Virus record (IMG/VR): IMGVR_UViG_3300045974_000166
Location: 32,001 to 96,000 of that record
DNA from: a virus
Reading direction: 5' to 3' (one strand)
Length of the DNA: 64,000 nt
A program made the translations under genes and the position numbers. Position 1 is the first letter of the stretch; every line of letters begins with the position of its first letter. The notes under the pieces were generated by a model, which made no database searches, was not told the origin of the DNA, and saw nothing but the letters and a program-made list of their open reading frames with translations. Shown here one piece after another: positions 56,401 to 64,000 of the stretch.

Positions 56401-57359
56401 TGACAATAACATCAAAAGTAGATCTAATTGAATATGCTCTGAAGAAACTTGGAAAGCCAGTTATCAATATAGAGGTAGATGCTACTCAAGTAGAAGATCG
56501 TGTAAATGAAGCTCTCCAGTTTTTCCAAGACTTCCACTATGATGGCACCGAGCGTATCTATTTGAAGCATCAAGTTCAACCAACAGTGATCACCGTATCA
56601 ACTACTGCTGGATTTTCTATCAATGAAATTGTTTCATCTCCAGATGGAACTCATTTTGGTATCATAGCTATGACGGCAACTTCGTTTGCCACCCGAGCTA
56701 TTCTGACCGCACACGATTCTCCTGCTGCACTCTATACGGTGGGTGATGTTTTAACTGGTAGATCTACTGGTTCTGTGTGTACATTTGTTTCATCTGTACA
56801 GGGTGATATAGAATCTGGTTCTGTACCAATTTCAGACATGGTCACCGGCATCATTCGTGCAATTCCTTGGTTCCAAGGTATCAATTCATCTAACTTCATG
56901 TTTGACCCAAAATATCAAGTTATCATGTCGACATTCCAAAATCTTGGTTCATCATCGATGGTCTATTTCGAACAGTTAATGCAACACATTAGTCTTATTG
57001 ATCAAGTACTTCGGCCGATAGATTCGGTGCGGTTTAACCGGAAAATGAGCAAAGTTTATTTAGATATCGACTGGGCACTTGCTAACCCAGGTGACTACAT
57101 TGTGTTTGAATGCTATCGGATTCTTGATCCAGAAGTATTCACCACGATCTATAATGATCGGATGCTCAAGAAATTAGTTACAGCTTGCGTAAAGCAGCAA
57201 TGGGCCACAAATACTCAGAAATATTCTGGTATCCAACTTCTCGGTGGTGTAACTATAGATGCTAGTACTCTTATGTCGCAGGCCGCGGCAGAAATTGCCT
57301 CTGCTGAACAGGAAATAAGAGATTCATACCAAGAAATGCCAATGGGCTTTATAGGCTAA
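56400..57359 (+). CDS. gp13: neck protein
   Basis: YALKKLGKPVINIEVD..QVEDR, DFHYDG and KQQWATNTQKYSGIQLLGGVT. Confidence 0.93.
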   Translation: MTITSKVDLIEYALKKLGKPVINIEVDATQVEDRVNEALQFFQDFHYDGTERIYLKHQVQPTVITVSTTAGFSINEIVSSPDGTHFGIIAMTATSFATRAILTAHDSPAALYTVGDVLTGRSTGSVCTFVSSVQGDIESGSVPISDMVTGIIRAIPWFQGINSSNFMFDPKYQVIMSTFQNLGSSSMVYFEQLMQHISLIDQVLRPIDSVRFNRKMSKVYLDIDWALANPGDYIVFECYRILDPEVFTTIYNDRMLKKLVTACVKQQWATNTQKYSGIQLLGGVTIDASTLMSQAAAEIASAEQEIRDSYQEMPMGFIG

Positions 57360-57360
57360 A

Positions 57361-57603
57361 ATGATACAAGAAGACAAAATAAAACATTTTTTAGCTGGCG
57401 CCGGAATAGTTTTTATTTCTAAATTATTTGGATTTAGTTTAGGAATTGGATTACTGATTGCTATAGCGGCTGGTGTGTTTAAAGAAATTTGGGACTATTA
57501 TCACCCAGAAACCAATACGGCAGAATCTGCCGATACTGTAGCCACGGTCTTTGGCGCTATGATAACAACACTATTACTACATTGGATAAATTATGGATAT
57601 TGA
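57361..57603 (+). CDS. putative holin / small membrane protein
   Basis: 80 aa with 2-3 hydrophobic segments, directly upstream of the endolysin. Confidence 0.5.
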   Translation: MIQEDKIKHFLAGAGIVFISKLFGFSLGIGLLIAIAAGVFKEIWDYYHPETNTAESADTVATVFGAMITTLLLHWINYGY

Positions 57604-58126
57604 AGATACACTCACATCACTACTTAAAGTAGAAGGCGGATATACTAATGACCCACGTGACTCTGGTGGAGAAACTAACTGGGGTGTTACAAAAGCAGTA
57701 GCCGATGCATTTGGTTATACAGGTTTAATGAAGAATATGACTGCTGACCAAGCTAAGGATATCTATCGTGCTCGGTATTGGGTTCAACCAAAGTTTGACC
57801 AGTTATATCTTCTTGATAAAGACCTAGCTCTTATGCTGTTTGATATTGGTGTGAACATGGGTCAGGCAACCGGTGTAAAATTCCTACAACGTGCTCTGAA
57901 TGTGCTCAATCAAGGTGGCACAACATACCCAGATATGACCGTAGATGGTGGTCTTGGTGCCATGACTCTAGATGCAGTGAAGAAATTCATTGCTCTTCGG
58001 AAAGATGCATCAGTTCTTAAGAAACTTGTTAATGCCCAACGCGCCGTGAAGTATATCGAGATTGCCGAAGCATCACCTAAGAATGAGGCATTTGAGTATG
58101 GTTGGATTGCCAACCGGGTGGCTTAA
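57593..58126 (+). CDS. endolysin, glycoside hydrolase family 108 with PG-binding domain
   Basis: EGGYTNDPRDSGGETNWGVT, LFDIGVNMG, LQRALN and VDGGLG. Confidence 0.92.
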   Translation: MDIEDTLTSLLKVEGGYTNDPRDSGGETNWGVTKAVADAFGYTGLMKNMTADQAKDIYRARYWVQPKFDQLYLLDKDLALMLFDIGVNMGQATGVKFLQRALNVLNQGGTTYPDMTVDGGLGAMTLDAVKKFIALRKDASVLKKLVNAQRAVKYIEIAEASPKNEAFEYGWIANRVA

Positions 58127-58127
58127 T

Positions 58128-58637
58128 ATGTGGCCAATCCCATTCTCTCCAAAACTAATTGCTGCAGCTATTGGTCTTGCAGCCGTACTCGGCCTAGGTT
58201 ATGTAGCTTATAACCATGTCTATGACAAAGGTGCCGCGTCCGTACAAGTTCTCTGGGACAAAGTTGAAGCCGATAGAAAAGCCGTAATAGACGATCTAAA
58301 GACTAAAGCTGCACTCTCTGAGCTTACCATGAAAAAAGAATCTGAAAATCAAGTGAGGTTATTAAATGAAAAAAATAAAAGTCTTGTCGCTACTGTCGCT
58401 ACTATTACTCGTGAGTTGCAAAACCGCCCCAACCGTCCAAGTGGCACAGATCTGTCCAGCAATCCCGCCCCTGTCTGCCCAGGTGCCACCGGAAAAGAGC
58501 TTTATCGAGCCGATGCAGAATTTCTTATCGGGGAAGCTGCCAGAGCCGAAACAGTAAGAAACCAACTAGAATACTGTGTTTCTCAATACAACTCTGTGTA
58601 TCAAGAATATTTAAAGCTTCAAACTCTTCCAAAGTAA
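58128..58637 (+). CDS. i-spanin (Rz-like)
   Basis: N-terminal TM helix, coiled coil and LYRADAEFL. Confidence 0.8.
   Translation: MWPIPFSPKLIAAAIGLAAVLGLGYVAYNHVYDKGAASVQVLWDKVEADRKAVIDDLKTKAALSELTMKKESENQVRLLNEKNKSLVATVATITRELQNRPNRPSGTDLSSNPAPVCPGATGKELYRADAEFLIGEAARAETVRNQLEYCVSQYNSVYQEYLKLQTLPK
58366..58557 (+). CDS. o-spanin (Rz1-like), embedded in the +1 frame of the i-spanin
   Basis: Lipobox LVSC; Pro-rich periplasmic segment CPAIPP. Confidence 0.8.
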   Translation: MKKIKVLSLLSLLLLVSCKTAPTVQVAQICPAIPPLSAQVPPEKSFIEPMQNFLSGKLPEPKQ

Positions 58638-58640
58638 TAC

Positions 58641-59399
58641 ATGGCAGTCAATTCGTATTTTCAGACGACCGAAAACGGTTATGCTTCTGAGCAGAATTTA
58701 GTTGAGTCTCTGAACATAGAGGCTATTCAGATAGCCGGCCAGAACTATATCTATATTCCGCGGACGTTGAATAAGTTAGATCAGATCTTTGGTGAAGATG
58801 TACTTTCTTCTTTTGACTCCTATGCCGAAATAGAAATGTACATGCTAGACTTCCAAGGGCCCGGTGGCGCATCTGAAATTCTTACTAGGTTTGGTATGGA
58901 AATTCAGGATACGGCCTCGTTCATTGTAGCTCGTAAGCGCTTCACTGAGACAGTAGTACCAATTGTTCCTGCTACTCGTGACCCAAAGGTGGCATGGAGA
59001 CCAAACGAAGGTGATCTAATCTTTGCTAAGCATTCTAAGTCTCTGTTTGAAATTAAGTTTGTAGAGGATGAAGAACCTGGTTACTATCAGTTGAATAAAA
59101 AGTATGTATGGACTCTTCGAACAGAATTGGTCCAGTTTAACAATGAAAAATTTGGTACTGGATATGCAGATGTAGATGCATATTATGGAGTAAGTTTAAA
59201 TAGATTAGATATGGGTATTGCTCTTGAAGATGGTTCTGGTATTTTCCTAATGGAAAGTGGTGGCGACGTACTACTTGAAGAATATGTAGTATCTAAAGAA
59301 TACGATGATATGCATGGTTTTGGTGATAACGATGTTATCAAGCAAGAGTTTGTTAAGATCATGAATTTTAACGAGAAAGATCCCTTCGCTGGGACATAA
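58641..59399 (+). CDS. gp14: neck protein
   Basis: EQNLVESL..EAIQI.G, YIPR, FGED, FIVARKRF and RPNEGDLI. Confidence 0.93.
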   Translation: MAVNSYFQTTENGYASEQNLVESLNIEAIQIAGQNYIYIPRTLNKLDQIFGEDVLSSFDSYAEIEMYMLDFQGPGGASEILTRFGMEIQDTASFIVARKRFTETVVPIVPATRDPKVAWRPNEGDLIFAKHSKSLFEIKFVEDEEPGYYQLNKKYVWTLRTELVQFNNEKFGTGYADVDAYYGVSLNRLDMGIALEDGSGIFLMESGGDVLLEEYVVSKEYDDMHGFGDNDVIKQEFVKIMNFNEKDPFAGT

Positions 59400-59402
59400 A
59401 GC

Positions 59403-60194
59403 ATGATCACAGCTATCCCATTTTACCACGGCACTACAAGAAATCTTGTTGTAGCATTTTGTGGTTTATTCTCTAATATTTTCCTTCGCACCAGAGACGC
59501 AGCCGGAGTTTCTCAGAAGATTGTAAATGTACCTATTTCATATCTGAACAAAGAAAAGTTTCTTGTTCGGTTGACACAAGATCCTGGAATGAACGAAGAT
59601 ACGGCACTAGTACTTCCACGTCTTTCGGCCGAGATTACTAGCATACAATACGACTCATCTCGGCAGTTCAATAAAGTAAATAAGGTAGTTGGATCTACAG
59701 GTTCTCGGGCAATCTACTATTATTCACCTGTACCTTATACAGTTACATTCTCTCTGTATTCTTATACGAAGACCGTAGAGGATAATCTTCAGATCATGGA
59801 GCAAATTCTTCCATTCTTCTCTCCGGACATAAATCTGTCTATTAAGATGTTAGAAGATCCAGTACTCATTCAAGATATTCCGATGGTCTTGAACTCTGTA
59901 AATACAGATGATTCATACTCGGGTTCATTTGAGAACATGCGTACGATTATCACATCGTACTCGTTCTCAATGAAAACTTTCTATTATGGCCCGATCCTTA
60001 ACTCAATAGATCCAGAAGGTCACTTTGCATCTGGATCTGATGCTCAGATTATTAAGCAAGTTTCTATTAATGTAACTAATAACAATAAATATACAGCCGT
60101 CATAAATCCATTTGCTGCAACAGCTATGGATCCTTATTCAATTGATGAAAATTGGGTAACAATCATACCTAAAGCTGGAGATCCTATATTATGA
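59403..60194 (+). CDS. gp15: tail sheath stabiliser / terminator
   Basis: FYHGTTR, VPISY..KEKF, LPRLS, PVPY and QIMEQILPFF.P. Confidence 0.93.
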   Translation: MITAIPFYHGTTRNLVVAFCGLFSNIFLRTRDAAGVSQKIVNVPISYLNKEKFLVRLTQDPGMNEDTALVLPRLSAEITSIQYDSSRQFNKVNKVVGSTGSRAIYYYSPVPYTVTFSLYSYTKTVEDNLQIMEQILPFFSPDINLSIKMLEDPVLIQDIPMVLNSVNTDDSYSGSFENMRTIITSYSFSMKTFYYGPILNSIDPEGHFASGSDAQIIKQVSINVTNNNKYTAVINPFAATAMDPYSIDENWVTIIPKAGDPIL

Positions 60195-60631
60195 GTACAC
60201 CAAAAGTAGAAGCATCACTGAGTTCTATATTCAATGTCGATCTTCAAGAAGTAGATCCAAATCGTTCTCTGGCAGAACTACAGGCAGAGGCACAGGCTAA
60301 ATCGATAGATAGTCTTGAATCTCAAAGAGATTATGTAAAGGCTAATCTGGTAAAACTTATTGAGCGTGGAATGGTTGCCGTAGGTGATCTCAATACTATT
60401 GCAAACTCTACGGAAAAATCTCGTGACTTCGAAGTTATGGCGGGACTCATTAAGACGTTAGTAGAAACCAATGTTGAGCTCCTCAACGTAGAAGTTGCTC
60501 ATAAACCAAAACTTGGTATTCCTGGTGCAAACGGCCAAGAAGCAACAACGATTAACAATAATACAGTATTTGTAGGACAGACAAAAGATTTGGCGGCATA
60601 TCTGAAATCTACCAATGTGATTGATAATTAA
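60191..60631 (+). CDS. gp16: terminase small subunit
   Basis: RDYVKANL, RDFEVMAGLIKTL and NNTVFVGQTKDL. Confidence 0.88.
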   Translation: MSTPKVEASLSSIFNVDLQEVDPNRSLAELQAEAQAKSIDSLESQRDYVKANLVKLIERGMVAVGDLNTIANSTEKSRDFEVMAGLIKTLVETNVELLNVEVAHKPKLGIPGANGQEATTINNNTVFVGQTKDLAAYLKSTNVIDN

Positions 60632-60637
60632 ACTTTA

Positions 60638-60645
60638 ATTAAATA
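60638..60645 (+). promoter_or_regulatory. putative late promoter (ATTAAATA)
   Basis: Intergenic, upstream of the 60679 operon. Confidence 0.65.
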
Positions 60646-60678
60646 ATGATATTGCAACACATTAATCGATGAACTAAT

Positions 60679-61749
60679 ATGACTAAGACTTTAAGAGAAC
60701 GGTATCTAAATAATGAGATTCTTTTGATAGGGGAAATTGTAAAAGATCAGACTACAGGTGAAGACGTAAAAATTCTTGACCGCGGTTCAAATTACGTTAC
60801 AGTTGAATCATCGGCGGGAATCCAGAAAAAATGGATACAAGATGTCATTTCCGAATCGGAACCGGAAACTAAAGTCGAGCACATAGTAGAGGAAGATTTT
60901 ACCCTTCTTGAATCTGGCCAAGTTAAACTTTTTGGGTTTGAAACTCAAAATTTCTGTGTAGAACTCTCGTCATTCATCATTGAACAATTTAAAGAATTCG
61001 ACGATTTATACTCCAAGCATCAGATCATCAAACTATTGGATTATGCTCTTACCGAATCTAATATTGACAAGAAGTACGAAAATCTAGAAAAGATTAGTGC
61101 CTTCTATAAAAATAATTCAATCCAAGAACCTCTAATTGTCGAAGGCCTTAAGAATTCAATTGAACGTCTTCGTTTGGCACAGATCGTAGCTTCTATTGCC
61201 GAAATTGATACTAAACCAAGCCCATACGAAACCGTAAAGGATGCTGTTACTGCTCTTAGAAAGAAGTATACAGATCCTAAGCAGTGGCAAGTATTATGGC
61301 CATTTTTCCGTATGGTAGATGCCTCGGGCATCACTGGTATTCTTCAGATGCTTCCTTTCAAACCAACAGCACAGACACCGGTAGGCCAATCATCTAGAGT
61401 AACAGAAGAAATTCTTTCTATGATGGAAGAAAATGTTGATGAATTATTTGAGTCTCTTTGCGTTGAAGATATAATGGAAACATACTCTGCAGATGAACTA
61501 GTTGAGGCATGGGCAGTCAAAGGTTTAGATGTACTTACTCCTGCCGTAAATACTTCCGTCCTATCTGATAGAACTAAGAAACTTGCCGATACTATGATTG
61601 CACGGAGAATGTTCCAAAAATCAATGCCAGACTTAACTTCAGATGATAAGAACACATTTGGTGAAACAGTTAACCGCCGCAAACTATTGGTAGCACAACT
61701 TGCACAAAAACTACTACCAAAAGTTAAGGCTCTACAGGAAACACCATGA
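60679..61749 (+). CDS. hypothetical protein (N-terminal SH3-like LRERY...ILDRGSNYV domain)
   Basis: 356 aa; ATGA-coupled to the downstream gene. Confidence 0.7.
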   Translation: MTKTLRERYLNNEILLIGEIVKDQTTGEDVKILDRGSNYVTVESSAGIQKKWIQDVISESEPETKVEHIVEEDFTLLESGQVKLFGFETQNFCVELSSFIIEQFKEFDDLYSKHQIIKLLDYALTESNIDKKYENLEKISAFYKNNSIQEPLIVEGLKNSIERLRLAQIVASIAEIDTKPSPYETVKDAVTALRKKYTDPKQWQVLWPFFRMVDASGITGILQMLPFKPTAQTPVGQSSRVTEEILSMMEENVDELFESLCVEDIMETYSADELVEAWAVKGLDVLTPAVNTSVLSDRTKKLADTMIARRMFQKSMPDLTSDDKNTFGETVNRRKLLVAQLAQKLLPKVKALQETP

Positions 61750-62897
61750 AAACATTTCTAGAATATTTAGCAGAGCAAGCAGAGTCAGATGGTAAACTCA
61801 AACATCTCCAGCACCTAGAAGATCTACATGTCGACCATGGCCAATCTGGCTTTAAGCACGCAGCTGGTGAACTTGACCGCGTAAAGAAACATGTAGAATC
61901 TGGTAAGACATCCTCTTCCCTAACTCAAAAGATTGATGGTTCTCCAAGTATTGTTATGGGTCATCACCCACAGTCTGGTAAGTATTTTGTCGCATCTAAA
62001 TCTGCATTCAATAAAACTCCAAAGCTTAACTATACTCATGCCGACATTGAAAAGAACCACGGCCATGCACCCGGTCTAGTGGAGAAACTTAAATCTGCTC
62101 TTGACCACGGCCATAAGATTCTACCAAAGCATGGTGTGTTTCAAGGTGACGTGCTTCACTCCGGTACAGATGTAAAGCATGGCAAGACTACTGCTACATT
62201 CAAACCTAACACGATCGAATATACAGCCCATGGTGCCGAAGCTGATAAGGTGAAGAAATCTAAGTTTGGTGTAGCTCTGCACACAGAATATCATGGCAAG
62301 ACTCTAGATGATATGCATGCCGAGCCTATTAAAGATCACTCTAAGTTTTCTCACCACGAAGATGTCTATTCGCCTTCTGTTGCATATAAGTCTGCCGGTA
62401 AGAAAATGTCTCCAGATGATAACCAAAAATTTCATGAGCATATAGCTGCTGCAAAGACCGCACACGAAAAGACTAACTACTCTCATATTTCTCCACACAA
62501 AGAACATATTAACACTTATATCAATCAAACAGTGAGATCTGGTGAAAAGCCAACTCACGAAGGATATGTAAAGCACTTAGAAGCGATTAAGACAAAAGCC
62601 GTAGGGTCTGTTAAGACAGAGAAAGCTAAAGCAGCTAAGGCTGATCTACATCAGTCTACAATCAATGCTGCGCAGGGTGATCATAAAGAATCTATTACTC
62701 ATGCTTTAAAATCTCACCATCATCTTCAGGCTGCCAAAGATCTGCTCGTGAAGCACATGGACCATTCAGCCGAAGGCCTTGAGGCAAAAATTAATGGTAA
62801 GAAAGTTGGCCCAGAAGGCTATGTGTCTAACCACGCAGGTAAATCAACAAAATTCGTTAACCGTGCCGAGTTCTCTCGTGCAAATTTTCAGAGATAA
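61746..62897 (+). CDS. DUF6267-like, ligase-fold protein; putative internal head protein
   Basis: HLQHLED, KIDGSPS (KxDG) and GPEGYV (EGxV); N-terminus MKTFLEYLAE; about 40 His in 383 aa. Confidence 0.7.
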   Translation: MKTFLEYLAEQAESDGKLKHLQHLEDLHVDHGQSGFKHAAGELDRVKKHVESGKTSSSLTQKIDGSPSIVMGHHPQSGKYFVASKSAFNKTPKLNYTHADIEKNHGHAPGLVEKLKSALDHGHKILPKHGVFQGDVLHSGTDVKHGKTTATFKPNTIEYTAHGAEADKVKKSKFGVALHTEYHGKTLDDMHAEPIKDHSKFSHHEDVYSPSVAYKSAGKKMSPDDNQKFHEHIAAAKTAHEKTNYSHISPHKEHINTYINQTVRSGEKPTHEGYVKHLEAIKTKAVGSVKTEKAKAAKADLHQSTINAAQGDHKESITHALKSHHHLQAAKDLLVKHMDHSAEGLEAKINGKKVGPEGYVSNHAGKSTKFVNRAEFSRANFQR

Positions 62898-62899
62898 AA

Positions 62900-63868
62900 A
62901 TGATAACATTCAAAGAATACCTATCGGAAGTAGCAATCAGTGGCACTGGCCTGAATGGCGAAAGACATTTAGCTAAATATGTGACACCACATCTAGGATC
63001 TTCTAACTTTACACATACTCTGGCAAGAAATCATGGTGATCTAGAACCGGGTTCTAAAGTTAAATTGCACAAAGTAGAAAACATAAAAGGTGTTACTCAT
63101 GTCCACGCAGAAGATGAATCTGGCCACAAACATGTAATACCAGTTACTAAACTACATAAACCTGGTACTCAAAAAGAAAATGCCGGCCATAAGTATGAAA
63201 ATGATTTTATCACTCATCTTAAGAAACATGGTGTTATGCCAGAACATTTGTCTGGCGCAGGGTCCACCGCAGGTACCGATTTCCAAGTAGAACATAGAAA
63301 ACTCAAAAGGAACCATGCTGGTAAAGTTCAAGGTAGTATGTTGAATGGTGAAACTAAGAATGGTGTGACTGGTGCTATGGGTCAGATCACAATTCACCAT
63401 GATCCTAAAAAGGGTGGCTGGCATATTCCAGATGATGCCCGTGCTAAGAGACCTAAGTATGCCGCCGAAGTTGAAAAAGCCGGTGTTTTGAAGCATATGA
63501 ATAAACACTATAACCCAGATAAGCATGACATTAAAACTACCGATTCGGGTAGAGCTCAATCTGTATACATTAAACATCCAAATCTAGAACCAGGCCATGC
63601 TTATCTGCAAGATCACCACGTGCATATCCTACAAGTTGGTGGTCATGGTACGTACCGTGTTGGCGATAAAGACCACACAGGCCATGGACTTCCAGCAATC
63701 TCCGGTAAAGGTAAATGGACTGTCCGTGAGAAACAAGCAGGAAATAAGAAGGCACGTACAGTTATGTTCCAACCAGATGGTAAAGCCGGTCTTGACAAAT
63801 CTCATGTAGATCTAGATAAACCAGATCATATCGAAGCATTCAAGAAGACTTTGGGAATTACTAAATGA
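62900..63868 (+). CDS. PD-(D/E)xK-like nuclease; putative internal head protein
   Basis: G..YE...GTDF...GETK core; N-terminus MITFKEYLSE; about 32 His in 322 aa. Confidence 0.55.
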   Translation: MITFKEYLSEVAISGTGLNGERHLAKYVTPHLGSSNFTHTLARNHGDLEPGSKVKLHKVENIKGVTHVHAEDESGHKHVIPVTKLHKPGTQKENAGHKYENDFITHLKKHGVMPEHLSGAGSTAGTDFQVEHRKLKRNHAGKVQGSMLNGETKNGVTGAMGQITIHHDPKKGGWHIPDDARAKRPKYAAEVEKAGVLKHMNKHYNPDKHDIKTTDSGRAQSVYIKHPNLEPGHAYLQDHHVHILQVGGHGTYRVGDKDHTGHGLPAISGKGKWTVREKQAGNKKARTVMFQPDGKAGLDKSHVDLDKPDHIEAFKKTLGITK

Positions 63869-64000
63869 AAACCACAGTGATGGCATTTGGCAGGATGTCT
63901 CCAGTTACGGCTGGCCACGCCAAGTTAGTACAGAAGGTGAAGGATACTGCTGCTGAGCATAAGGCAGATCACAAGATCATTCTGTCTCATACTCAAGATG
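63865..64000 (+). CDS. HIGH-family nucleotidyltransferase (cytidyltransferase-like), truncated by the window end
   Basis: Read by hand: MKTTVMAFGRMSPVTAGHAKLV; ATGA-coupled. Confidence 0.75.
   Translation, partial: MKTTVMAFGRMSPVTAGHAKLVQKVKDTAAEHKADHKIILSHTQD

Noticed and set aside
1-64000. Prophage or host chromosome
   Set aside because: No integrase, repressor, att site or host genes; continuous T4-type lytic gene content.

Overview
A 64-kb segment of a lytic T4-superfamily myophage genome, distant from T4 itself. The host is probably Gram-negative, given the embedded Rz/Rz1 spanins and sigma70-type early promoters. About 1-26.5 kb is minus-strand early/middle genes: DNA ligase, many small accessory ORFs, one tRNA(CAU), a Nampt/NMNAT-Nudix/NADAR/macrodomain cluster, topoisomerase II, RNA ligase, gp59, gp33, RNase H, gp46/47 and gp55. 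These are punctuated by 12 near-identical sigma70 promoters, and in 11 of them the upstream gene's TAA stop directly abuts the -35 hexamer. About 26.6-64 kb is mostly plus-strand late genes: gp4, gp2, baseplate and tail genes, two fibre/adhesin pairs, neck, lysis cassette, gp15, gp16 and a cluster of putative internal head proteins. Most notable: (1) a VrlC/DUF4815-like tail gene that appears split in two, with a non-splicing Hint domain behind a Gly6 linker; (2) His-rich ligase-like and PD-(D/E)xK-like proteins with T4-type capsid-targeting N-termini beside a HIGH-family nucleotidyltransferase; (3) the promoter/stop-codon cassette array; (4) a probable -1 frameshift fusing gp26 to an unannotated gp51-like ORF; (5) a promoter-driven, hairpin-rich 320-nt intergenic region. 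All family calls come from motif recognition by eye; no database searches were run.
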